From: Patescibacteria group bacterium
GTDB taxonomy: Bacteria > Patescibacteriota > Minisyncoccia > Phycocordibacterales > UBA918
Direction: 5' to 3'
NCBI GenBank assembly: GCA_019750255.1
Contig: JAIEOU010000005.1
Location: 14,078-78,077, forward strand
DNA: 64,000 bases
Shown here: piece after piece, positions 20,055-28,603 of the stretch
Position numbering within the stretch: the first letter of the stretch is position 1
How the letters are laid out: the number at the start of each line of letters is the position of its first letter
Program-made: the position numbers and the translations under genes
The notes under the pieces: generated by a model
The model's database searches: none
The model's input: the letters and a program-made list of their open reading frames with translations, nothing else
Told to the model about the DNA's origin: nothing

Positions 20055-20981
20055 TTGTCTATGTTCACTGGAATACGTCGCGTGGTGCGGGCAGGGTTTG
20101 TGGGGTTCTGGCGTAGTGCCTATGTAAGTTTGGCGTCAATTTTTGTCATGATGGTGGCGTTGTTTGTGATTGGGTCGACAATGCTTATCGAGCAACTACT
20201 GACTTCGTCGCTGTCGACACTTCAGTCGAAGGTAGATATTAACGTCTACTTTGAACCGTCAGCTCCACAGGAGGAAATCGATGCGGTACGCAAGGCAGTG
20301 GCAGCGCTACCAGATGTCGCGCACGTTACCTATCTTTCCCGAGAAGATGCACTCCAGCGGTATCGTGAACGCTACCAAAATAACGAGATTGCCATGCAGG
20401 CATTAAACGAACTTGGCGAAAACCCCTTGGGGGCTACCATCGCTATCCAGGCTCGAGAAACTTCACAGTACGAAAGTATTGCTCGCTTCCTCGAAGAGCA
20501 GCGTACTCAGACCGCAGCGCAAAATCCAATCATAGAAGACATTAACTACGCTCGCAATAAAGAATCAATCGATACGCTCACTTCAATTATTGCTGCCGTT
20601 GAGCGAGCGAGTTTTATCACAATGCTCGTGCTGCTAATTGCGGCTGTCCTTATTTCGTTTAATACAATTCGTCTCGCTATATACACGTCGCGAGAAGAAA
20701 TTGGCATCATGCGTCTTGTGGGAGCATCGAATACGTTCATTCGCGGTCCCTTTATGCTGCAGGGTGTTATGTATGGTGTGATTTCTGGTGTGCTTGCGCT
20801 CCTCATTCTTTACCCTGTGCTCGTGTGGCTTGGTCCACGCACAGAACTCTATTTTGAGTTCAATCTCTTTACCTACTTCGTCGGGAATTTCACCTACTTC
20901 TTCGTCACACTGGTCGGTATTGGTGTGGCTATCGGCCTCATTTCGTCGACGCTCGCGGTAGCTCGGTATTTGCGCGTGTAG
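20055..20981 (+). CDS. ftsX: Cell-division permease-like protein FtsX
   Basis: One TM, a large extracytoplasmic loop, then a 3-TM FtsX permease domain. Adjacent to ftsE. Confidence 0.8.
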   Translation: MSMFTGIRRVVRAGFVGFWRSAYVSLASIFVMMVALFVIGSTMLIEQLLTSSLSTLQSKVDINVYFEPSAPQEEIDAVRKAVAALPDVAHVTYLSREDALQRYRERYQNNEIAMQALNELGENPLGATIAIQARETSQYESIARFLEEQRTQTAAQNPIIEDINYARNKESIDTLTSIIAAVERASFITMLVLLIAAVLISFNTIRLAIYTSREEIGIMRLVGASNTFIRGPFMLQGVMYGVISGVLALLILYPVLVWLGPRTELYFEFNLFTYFVGNFTYFFVTLVGIGVAIGLISSTLAVARYLRV

Positions 20982-20991
20982 CTGAACGTAT

Positions 20992-22677
20992 ATGAAAAAA
21001 CTTTCCCGTACCGCAAAAAAGCCAACTGATACACCGATCACTCCTAAGACACCAAAGTACATTTTTGTCGTGGGTGGGGTCATGAGTGGGGTGGGGAAGG
21101 GAGTTGCTGCGTCATGTATTGCGGCAGTGCTCAAAGGTCGTGGACTTACCGTAACTGCGCTAAAAATCGACCCGTACATAAATGTAGACGCGGGTACGAT
21201 GAATCCGACCGAGCACGGCGAGGTGTTTGTCTTAAAGGATGGTCTGGAGACGGATCAAGATATGGGTAACTATGAGCGTTTTCTAAACACCGACCTCACG
21301 AGCCAAAACTATATGACCACCGGAAGTGTCTACCTTTCGGTTATTAAGAAAGAACGCAACCTTGAATACGGAGGCAAGAATGTTGAAGTGGTACCTGATA
21401 TCCCACTTGAAGTGATTCGTCGAATTAAAGAGGCGTCAAAATCGGCCAACGCCGACGTGGCGCTCATTGAAATTGGCGGTACGGTAGGGGAGTATCAAAA
21501 CATTCTTTTTCTAGAAGCAATACGCATGCTCAAGTCAGAACATCCTCAGGATGTGGTCACGGTGATGGTAAGTTATCTCCCGGTCCCTGGTTCAATCGGC
21601 GAGATGAAAACCAAACCCACGCAAACTGCAGTGCGCACTCTGAACAGCGCTGGGGTGTTTGCCGATATGATTATTGCGCGGAGTCCCGTCGGCGTTGATG
21701 ACAAGCGCAAGGAAAAAATTGCCACGTTTTGTAACGTCCGAAAAGAGAATGTAATCTCCGCTCCGGATGTAAGTAGTATCTACGATATTCCGCTCAATTT
21801 TGAAAAAGATAATCTATCATTCCGCCTCTGTGAACTCTTAAACGTACCGTGCTCTAAAACATCTGATTTGGCTGCATGGAAGCGCTTTGTTACTCGTACA
21901 AAAGACGCTAAGAGCGAGGTGACGATTGCGGTTGTCGGCAAGTATTTTTCCACGGGGGACTTCGTTCTCTCTGATGTGTATCTTTCCGTACTAGAAGCAA
22001 TTAAGTACTCAGCTTATCATCTCGATCTTAAGCCGAAGATTGTGTACCGCTCAAGCCTAGATTTTACTGACAAAAAAAAGTGTAAAGAGCTTGATGCGTA
22101 TGACGGGGTGCTCGTGCCGGGGGGATTTGGAAGTACGGGGATTGAAGGGAAGCTCAATGTAATTGAGTATGTTCGTAAGCGAGGAATTCCCTACTTCGGT
22201 ATCTGTTACGGCATGCAGCTTGCTGTGCTCGAGTACGCTAGAAATGTCGTCGGCCTAAAAAATGCGAGCACTGAAGAAATTGACGCTAGTGCAAATGATT
22301 TAGTTGTACACACCATGGCGGAGCAAAGGCTAAAAATAGCCTCTGCTGATATGGGGGGCACGATGCGTCTTGGTGAGTCTGAGGCTATACTCAAATCGGG
22401 CAGCGTGGCACGGCAAGCGTATAAAGCAGCAAAGGTTACCGAACGCCATCGTCATCGGTACGAGATCAATAATGCGTTCGTCGAGCGCCTTACCGATAAA
22501 GGTCTTGTATTTAGTGGCACCTCACCCGACGGTTTACTGATGGAAATCATTGAACTACCCCGGGGTATGCACCCGTTTTTCGTGGGTACACAGTTTCATC
22601 CGGAATTCTTGGCGCGCCCCCTCCGTCCCCATCCACTATTTACCGCTTTTGTGAAAGCCGCCTACGAGCAAAAATAG
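20992..22677 (+). CDS. pyrG: CTP synthase
   Basis: 561 aa. N-terminal synthetase domain (GGVMSGVGKGV) and C-terminal class I glutamine amidotransferase (GICYGMQ, HRHRYE). Confidence 0.95.
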   Translation: MKKLSRTAKKPTDTPITPKTPKYIFVVGGVMSGVGKGVAASCIAAVLKGRGLTVTALKIDPYINVDAGTMNPTEHGEVFVLKDGLETDQDMGNYERFLNTDLTSQNYMTTGSVYLSVIKKERNLEYGGKNVEVVPDIPLEVIRRIKEASKSANADVALIEIGGTVGEYQNILFLEAIRMLKSEHPQDVVTVMVSYLPVPGSIGEMKTKPTQTAVRTLNSAGVFADMIIARSPVGVDDKRKEKIATFCNVRKENVISAPDVSSIYDIPLNFEKDNLSFRLCELLNVPCSKTSDLAAWKRFVTRTKDAKSEVTIAVVGKYFSTGDFVLSDVYLSVLEAIKYSAYHLDLKPKIVYRSSLDFTDKKKCKELDAYDGVLVPGGFGSTGIEGKLNVIEYVRKRGIPYFGICYGMQLAVLEYARNVVGLKNASTEEIDASANDLVVHTMAEQRLKIASADMGGTMRLGESEAILKSGSVARQAYKAAKVTERHRHRYEINNAFVERLTDKGLVFSGTSPDGLLMEIIELPRGMHPFFVGTQFHPEFLARPLRPHPLFTAFVKAAYEQK

Positions 22678-22687
22678 CAGGACGCCT

Positions 22688-22987
22688 ATGATCAAAGAAC
22701 AGCAAGTGCTCGACGAGTGGTTTAAGGCAAAGGGCTGGCCTTACTGGTCTCCGCATGAGATATTGGCGCGACTCATGGAAGAAACGGGAGAATTTGCTCG
22801 TCTCGTTAATCACGAGTATGGTCCGAAGAAGAAAAAAGACGGTGAGGCAACACAAGATTTTGAAGATGAACTAGGGGATATTCTCTATACTCTGGCTTGT
22901 TTTGCGAACACTCACCACATTGACCTCGACAGCGCCCTCGCGCGCAGTCTTGAAAAGGTAGCTGGTCGGGACAAAGACCGCTTCTAA
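22688..22987 (+). CDS. MazG-like nucleotide pyrophosphohydrolase (small single-domain)
   Basis: EETGEFARLV...ELGDILYTLACFAN is the EExxE/ExxD MazG helical motif. Confidence 0.7.
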   Translation: MIKEQQVLDEWFKAKGWPYWSPHEILARLMEETGEFARLVNHEYGPKKKKDGEATQDFEDELGDILYTLACFANTHHIDLDSALARSLEKVAGRDKDRF

Positions 22988-23042
22988 GGCCGGCACTTTT
23001 ATGGTAGTCTTTCGGAGCGCAAATTGCGCACCGAAGCAGATT

Positions 23043-23060
23043 TGGGATATCGTCTAATGG
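23043..23060 (+). repeat. Orphan 18-nt copy of the tRNA-Gln 5' end (direct repeat with 23186-23203)
   Basis: tgggatatcgtctaatgg is identical to tRNA positions 1-18. Its inverted complement gcctttccattagacgg sits at 23150-23166 and forms a ~16-bp hairpin. Confidence 0.8.
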
Positions 23061-23185
23061 AAAGCAAAGCTTCCTTGAACGGCGCTCGCACAATGGATGT
23101 AAGTACTCTTCCATCCCCGTGCTCGCTTGTTCAAGTAGGACAGCGAACTGCCTTTCCATTAGACGGACGGCAGGGTGAAACGTAT

Positions 23186-23256
23186 TGGGATATCGTCTAA
23201 TGGTAGGACAGAGGCCTTTGAAGCCTTTAATTGGGGTTCGAATCCCTGTATCCCAG
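23186..23256 (+). tRNA. tRNA-Gln (TTG)
   Basis: U1-A72 acceptor (UGGGAUA/UAUCCCA), anticodon loop cuUUGaa, T-arm GGGGTTCGAATCCCTG and discriminator G. Resembles E. coli tRNA-Gln. Confidence 0.85.
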
Positions 23257-23262
23257 CTCATA

Positions 23263-23292
23263 GAAAAACAACCACTCTTGTGGTTGTTTTTC
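23263..23292 (+). terminator. Rho-independent terminator after tRNA-Gln (centre of a nested palindrome)
   Basis: aaaaacaaccac-tctt-gtggttgttttt. Confidence 0.8.
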
Positions 23293-23295
23293 GTT

Positions 23296-23321
23296 TATGA
23301 GCTGGGATACAGGGATTCGAA
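23296..23321 (-). repeat. Inverted 26-nt copy of the tRNA-Gln 3' half
   Basis: tatgagctgggatacagggattcgaa is the reverse complement of tRNA 23231-23259. Confidence 0.85.
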
Positions 23322-23433
23322 AAGCGCAGCAATGTGAGGAGCTTTTACTAAAGCGACGAACCAGCGAGCTGGGGTCGAGAGCACTTACTAGAATTGGAGC
23401 GTCAGCGAACAATTATAGTTAGTGACTCGTGAC

Positions 23434-23454
23434 CGAATCCCTGTATCCCAGCTC
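23434..23454 (+). repeat. Direct 21-nt partial copy of the tRNA-Gln 3' half, followed by a terminator-like hairpin
   Basis: cgaatccctgtatcccagctc, then aaaacacccg-tca-gggtgctttt (23458-23481). Confidence 0.8.
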
Positions 23455-23486
23455 GAGTAAAACACCCGTCAGGGTGCTTTTACGTA

Positions 23487-23537
23487 GTGCTGGGATACGT
23501 AAGGTCTGGGAGACCTTGCGTCAGGGATTCGAAACCC
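23487..23537 (-). repeat. Second inverted tRNA-Gln 3' fragment, split by a 23-nt palindromic insert
   Basis: gctgggatac + gtAAGGTCTgggAGACCTTgcgt + cagggattcgaa. Confidence 0.65.
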
Positions 23538-23710
23538 GATTGAGCATAATTTTGCGCGAAGTGAACTATATGTACGATTGCAATAGTCCCTATGGATTTT
23601 TAGAGCCCTTCAGCTCGTTGGATTGTAAAAAATATCGGTCTTAACTGGTGATACACTGATTACTCGAACAGGCACATGTTGATATTCTTTAAATCATACC
23701 GACTCCCACT

Positions 23711-25243
23711 TTGAAACTCATGAGACAAATATTATTTGGCTTTTTACTGCTCCTCGTTTTACCGCTTCCGTTTTTGGCCGATGCACACAGTAATGAAGAT
23801 TTAGAACCGGTCACAATTATAATGACCGAACGCGGCTATGATGTAAAAACTTTAGAAATTGAAGTCGGGCAAAGGGTCATATTTAAGAATGAAGGGTCTG
23901 AGGGCCTTTGGCCGGCATCAAACATTCATCCTACTCACGAAATATATTCAGAATTTGACCCGAAAAAACCTATTCTGCCTGGTCAGTCGTGGGAGTTCAC
24001 CTTCGATAAGGAAGGAGAGTGGAGATTTCACGATCACCTGCTTCCGACCATTGTCGGCACCATCAGAGTTGTGTCCTCAAATGATGTGAGTGTGGAGAGT
24101 AAAGAAGTTCACGGTGAGCGCTCTGGCGTCTTCAGTAAAGTAAAAACATTTTTTGTAAATTTGATTAACTCACTTTTTGCATCCAATCGGTCGACAAGTG
24201 AAGTCGCTGAAAACACTCTGAATCTGCCAACGGTAACAAGGGACACTAAGGAGATTTTTTCAAACGACGAACTCCTTAAGTCATATGTGCAAAGCTTTGG
24301 ACCTAAAGCGACTGTCGAGTATTTGCATGAGCTTTCAGCTGAGTTTGGCGACTGCCATCAAAGCGCCCACGCTGCTGGTCATTTTGCGTATGAACTTTAT
24401 GGTAGCGAAGCGTTTCAAGCTTGTAGCGCTCAGTGTCACTCAGGTTGCTACCATGGAGCAACCGAAGCCTATTTTGGTGAACATGGTACCAAGGACTTAG
24501 CAAAAAATTTGGGTATTATCTGTGGCTCAGTATCCAATCCATTTTTTAGCCATCAGTGCATTCATGGCGTAGGTCATGGTTTAACCGCCTGGACCAGTTA
24601 TGATGTGCCTGAAGCCCTTAGGGCCTGTGACTTGCTTCCAAGCGGGCATGAGTCTTGCTACACGGGTGTTTTTATGGAAAACGTAGTTGGTGGAATTGCT
24701 AAAGATGAAGCAAAAAACAGTGAGGAAACTGCCCATGTTACCCAATACCTAAGTCAAGACCCGCAGTTTCCCTGCACTGTGGTAGATGAGAAATATAAAG
24801 CTTCATGTTACATATTCCAAACGTCTCGAATGGTCCAGTTGTATGATGGGGATTTTTCTAAGGTAGCTAAAGCCTGTCTTGCTGCTCCCGAGCTGTATCG
24901 AGCACATTGTTTCCAGAGTATGGGGCGTGATGTTGGTGGAGTAAATCGGGGAAATCCGAGCAGAGCGATTGCTGAATGTAAACATGTACCAGATGGAAAC
25001 TTCCGTAGTGATTGTTTGGTGGGGGCGGTACAAGATTCATTCTGGGACTCGTCAGGACACGATGTGGCCATAAATTTTTGCAAACTTTTAGTCGATAGCA
25101 CTGAAAAACATCACTGCTATAAAACAATTATTGAACGAGCGCCGCAGGTAATTGAAGCTAAAACCGACCGCCACATATTCTGCAATAAAGTTGAAACTCC
25201 TTTTCAGCAGGACTGTGCTGCAGTCATTGATCTAAACATTTAA
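23711..25243 (+). CDS. Secreted protein: cupredoxin-like N-domain plus degenerate Cys-pair repeat region
   Basis: Signal peptide (LLLLVLPLPFLADA). The N-domain fits a plastocyanin-like pattern (V.G..V.F.N...H...H...PG.S.EFTF..GE..FHDHL.P.IVG.I.V) but lacks the Cys ligand. The C-terminal ~350 aa carry about 8 Cys-x(n)-Cys/His-Gly modules. Confidence 0.5.
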   Translation: MKLMRQILFGFLLLLVLPLPFLADAHSNEDLEPVTIIMTERGYDVKTLEIEVGQRVIFKNEGSEGLWPASNIHPTHEIYSEFDPKKPILPGQSWEFTFDKEGEWRFHDHLLPTIVGTIRVVSSNDVSVESKEVHGERSGVFSKVKTFFVNLINSLFASNRSTSEVAENTLNLPTVTRDTKEIFSNDELLKSYVQSFGPKATVEYLHELSAEFGDCHQSAHAAGHFAYELYGSEAFQACSAQCHSGCYHGATEAYFGEHGTKDLAKNLGIICGSVSNPFFSHQCIHGVGHGLTAWTSYDVPEALRACDLLPSGHESCYTGVFMENVVGGIAKDEAKNSEETAHVTQYLSQDPQFPCTVVDEKYKASCYIFQTSRMVQLYDGDFSKVAKACLAAPELYRAHCFQSMGRDVGGVNRGNPSRAIAECKHVPDGNFRSDCLVGAVQDSFWDSSGHDVAINFCKLLVDSTEKHHCYKTIIERAPQVIEAKTDRHIFCNKVETPFQQDCAAVIDLNI

Positions 25244-25729
25244 GTTACCTGATAACCCTTCAAATTTTAGATAATATTAATACTTTGAAACGTTTTTTGT
25301 GAGCACTTCTGAAGAGTAATAATACACAGTGTGAGAGGGACAATAGTTGTGCGCTGAATGACTGTACCTAGCTCAAGTGACCAGAACTCCGGTGTGGTGC
25401 AGGTCTCGGCCGTCTCTTCTCACTGGCCACAGAAAAAGATTGCGCTATCGATTGATTTCACTGGTAGAGACCGTAAAGCTCAAAAAGCTGACCGATTAAC
25501 ACGTGTGCGTAATGGAAGTAGAGGCTCAACGGCTGTAATAAAAAGAAACATCCACCCGCTATTACTATACGGTTCGGATTCATCACCTGCGTTTGTCTTT
25601 GGCGCAGGCGTACGGGAGCACTTTTCGGTAACATGGAAGACGCAAAGAGCATATTCTTTTGACTCTTTGTGTCCGACTTCTGCAGTTATGAATTTATTTA
25701 TGCTAATCCCTGCTTAGCAAGGACGCATA

Positions 25730-26266
25730 GTGTTGAGTATTACCCATAATATATTTCCACCTTTTATGAAAAACGAACTCCAGAATAGAGATGATCACAA
25801 TCAACCTCACTCGCGTCGTGACGAATTCGCTAACCCGTTATCTCTGATTGATAAATTTTTTGAAGCTTCATCGGAGCCGTTTTCTCTGATGCCGCCGAGC
25901 CTCTTGCGTAATCGGGGATTTGGCACTGTTTCATCAATATTTCCTAAAGTAGATGTTGAAGAGACTGATCAGGAAATCAGGGTTGTCGCCAATGTTCCAG
26001 GCATAGATGCGCAGAACATTATTGTGGAGGTGGGGGACGACTACCTGTCGCTATCCGGTACGATTGATAAGGAAACGAAAGATGAAAAGAAAGGTAAGGT
26101 CTACCGCTACGAGCGCGAAAACGGTGAGTTCAGGCGCGAGTTTGCTCTTCCAGCTCGAGTGAATAAGAACGAAATAGTGGCAAGGTCAAAAAACGGGGTA
26201 CTTACCATCACCTTACCGAAGTCGGAAGAGGAACAGAAGAAACGCGTCAAGATACAAGTGGAATAA
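25730..26266 (+). CDS. Hsp20/alpha-crystallin family small heat-shock protein
   Basis: Alpha-crystallin domain (VDVEETDQEIRVVANVPGIDAQNIIVEV...GVLTITLPK). The start may be Met-13 (25766). Confidence 0.85.
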   Translation: MLSITHNIFPPFMKNELQNRDDHNQPHSRRDEFANPLSLIDKFFEASSEPFSLMPPSLLRNRGFGTVSSIFPKVDVEETDQEIRVVANVPGIDAQNIIVEVGDDYLSLSGTIDKETKDEKKGKVYRYERENGEFRREFALPARVNKNEIVARSKNGVLTITLPKSEEEQKKRVKIQVE

Positions 26267-26475
26267 ATTTACGTATTACTGCGGGGCGGGTCATGTATAG
26301 ACGTTGGGTAAAGAAATAAAATATCTAAAAGTAGTTAATGATTTCTTGCGTGGTTCAGGGCGTTATTCGGTTTACGATGTTCAGAGAACCACACCACATG
26401 TATGGATGTGGCCATTACTTACGCGAATCGTTGGAAGCAGGCAGCGTGAACCAAGTGCTGATCTGAGAATGATTT

Positions 26476-26484
26476 TGGTATAAT
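26476..26484 (+). promoter_or_regulatory. Extended -10 TGgTATAAT, 8 nt before ATG 26493 (leaderless)
   Basis: tggtataat. Confidence 0.45.
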
Positions 26485-26492
26485 TACTGAGT

Positions 26493-26771
26493 ATGACAAC
26501 GCTTGCTGCAGGAGTAATTCATTCAGTGCCGGTTGATATGCGGCGCGCCTTGTTGCAGTCAGGTAAGGTGAGTACTGCTTGGAACAGCCTTACGCCGCTC
26601 GCACGAAACGAGTGGATTTGTTGGACAACCTCAGTTAAAAGATCAGAGACGAGAGCGGCGCACATCGAGCGGCTGGTGTACGACATCACTCACGGTAAGC
26701 GGCGACCATGTTGCTGGCCTGGGTGTTCGCATCGAAGCAAAGTTCAGGCATCGATTAAGTCTAGGAAGTAA
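26493..26771 (+). CDS. YdeI/OmpD-associated family protein (DUF1801-like C-terminal domain)
   Basis: ARNEWICWTTSVKRSETRAAHIERLVYDITHGKRRPCCWPGCSHR matches the family signature ...KRRPCCWxGCxHR. Confidence 0.65.
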   Translation: MTTLAAGVIHSVPVDMRRALLQSGKVSTAWNSLTPLARNEWICWTTSVKRSETRAAHIERLVYDITHGKRRPCCWPGCSHRSKVQASIKSRK

Positions 26772-26802
26772 AGTGGTATGGCTTGGCTCACGCCACACCG
26801 AT

Positions 26803-27312
26803 CTACTGCTTGCTGCGTTTGAAGCAGTCGAGACACTTGAGGTTGCTTGTGTTTCGTGGAGTGAACGGAAGGGAGGCAATTGATCCGCCACAGCTTGAGC
26901 AGACCCAACTGCCCTCGACCTTCGGCTTTTCTGTGCTCATGGGAGATTCTCCAAGACCAAGGTCGTCGCCGTGCGCCGGTTCGCTGGCGAGTGGGGCGTC
27001 AAAAGGGAAGTCGGGGGCCTCGGATGCGACTGTCATCATCGGTTCAGATGATTCTGTTGGCTTGGCGCCGTTTTTGCCTTTGGCGTAGCAGGTGCGGCAG
27101 GTGAGACCTGAATCGCTCCGGGGTGTAAAGGGTAATTCGGTAATGGTTCCTCCGCATTGACTGCACTTCCAGTTTCCTTGTGGCATATGTTGTAAATTAT
27201 TGTGGGCACAGTATACGCCATAACCCCAGAAGCAGTCAGGGTTTGGATGGTAATTCTGGGGTAGAAGCGAAGTCAACACAATAAAGCGGAGATGCAATGA
27301 TAGTCTCATCAT
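26803..27312 (-). CDS. Protein with two tandem CxxCG-x7-PFxPR-x6-CxxC zinc-ribbon motifs
   Basis: WKCSQCGGTITELPFTPRSDSGLTCRTCY and WVCSSCGGSIASLPFTPRNTSNLKCLDCF. Hydrophobic N-terminus. Confidence 0.55.
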   Translation of the reverse strand: MMRLSLHLRFIVLTSLLPQNYHPNPDCFWGYGVYCAHNNLQHMPQGNWKCSQCGGTITELPFTPRSDSGLTCRTCYAKGKNGAKPTESSEPMMTVASEAPDFPFDAPLASEPAHGDDLGLGESPMSTEKPKVEGSWVCSSCGGSIASLPFTPRNTSNLKCLDCFKRSKQ

Positions 27313-27529
27313 GTTCTTAAGCCCCTCACCGTTGCTTAAGGAGGATAGCTGCTGTAGCGGATTTTAATATATAAACTGCATAAAGAGCCTAATGCTGTGG
27401 GGGTTGCGAAGCATATGCATCGGGTACTAGTGATCAATGGTCCGATTTGACCGTCAGTAACCTTGCGCAAGGATGGCTGGTTTATGGATACTCCTTTATC
27501 CCCGGGTGTAATTCCGCAGGTTTGTTATA

Positions 27530-28504
27530 TTGGTGCACGTTATGTTACTTACCACAGTTTTGTTTTTTATTGGATTTGTTTTATTAATCAAGGGAGCTGA
27601 TTTATTGGTAGAAGGAGCTTCTTCGCTTGCTACTCGCCTTGGGGTTTCGGCGCTGGTGGTCGGTTTAACTATTGTGGCCTTTGGTACATCGGCCCCGGAA
27701 TTAATCGTTAATCTCCTCGCGAGCATTAATGGTAATACTGATATAGCGATTGGAAATATTCTTGGAAGCAATATTGTTAACATTCTGATTATTCTTGGTG
27801 TAACCGCGGTCATTTATCCACTCACTGTTGGCCGGGGTACTGTCTGGAAGGAAATCCCGTTCGCGTTACTCGCAGTGGTGGTGCTTGGCTTTGTTGCCAT
27901 GGATACCGTCATTGACGGCGCGGCTACTTCGACCATAACCCGTGGTGACGGGCTGGTGCTTATTGCGTTCTTTGTCATCTTTCTTTATTACATCTTTAGC
28001 CTTGCTAAAAGTGATGCCGGGAGCGCGTCAGAACCGGTACCCGTTAAGCACACCTATACTCGCTCGGCCGTGATGATTGGTGTTGGGTTGGCAGGGCTGG
28101 TGGTGGGTGGTAAGTGGATAGTGGATGGAGCGGTAACGTTTGCGACGGCTCTTGGGGTAAGTCAGGCGCTTATTGGTCTGACGGTGGTGGCTATCGGGAC
28201 GTCCTTACCTGAACTTGCGACCTCAGTAACGGCGGCGCTTAAGAGAAATATCGATATTGCGGTAGGAAATGTGATCGGTTCAAACATCTTTAATATATTT
28301 TGGATTTTGGGCATCTCCGCATTTATTACTCCCTTACCATTTTCACCAGCCCTGGCGGTCGATTTAGCAGTAACCCTGGGCGCCACACTCGTGCTCTTCA
28401 TGGCCCTATTTGTGGGAAAGCGACACACGCTTGAACGCTGGCAGGGTGTGCTGTTCATCATTACTTATGTCGTTTACGTGGTCTTTCTCATTGCTCGAGG
28501 ATAG
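27530..28504 (+). CDS. Ca2+/Na+ antiporter (CaCA family, YrbG-like)
   Basis: Two alpha-repeats, GNILGSNIVNILIILG and GNVIGSNIFNIFWILG, with 10 TM segments. Confidence 0.85.
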   Translation: MVHVMLLTTVLFFIGFVLLIKGADLLVEGASSLATRLGVSALVVGLTIVAFGTSAPELIVNLLASINGNTDIAIGNILGSNIVNILIILGVTAVIYPLTVGRGTVWKEIPFALLAVVVLGFVAMDTVIDGAATSTITRGDGLVLIAFFVIFLYYIFSLAKSDAGSASEPVPVKHTYTRSAVMIGVGLAGLVVGGKWIVDGAVTFATALGVSQALIGLTVVAIGTSLPELATSVTAALKRNIDIAVGNVIGSNIFNIFWILGISAFITPLPFSPALAVDLAVTLGATLVLFMALFVGKRHTLERWQGVLFIITYVVYVVFLIARG

Positions 28505-28586
28505 TGTCCGTGATGCGCGCCAGGATGGGAAATAATACGTCCATTAAAGGGTGTGTTGTGGCTTTATTGTCAAAGTTATATTTATA

Positions 28587-28595
28587 TGATATAAT
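28587..28595 (+). promoter_or_regulatory. Extended -10 TGaTATAAT, 8 nt before ATG 28604
   Basis: tgatataat. Confidence 0.4.
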
Positions 28596-28603
28596 CCGAA
28601 ACA

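Noticed and set aside
25690-25715. Possible CIRCE/HrcA operator upstream of hsp20 (gctaa-tccctgc-ttagc).
   Set aside because: The half-site order is reversed and the spacing is wrong (6-bp arms, 7-nt spacer) relative to CIRCE TTAGCACTC-N9-GAGTGCTAA. No hrcA gene is in the window.
25358-25717. 119-aa ORF between the secreted protein and hsp20.
   Set aside because: No motif and an atypical composition. More likely an hsp20 5' region. Kept only as a possible leader.
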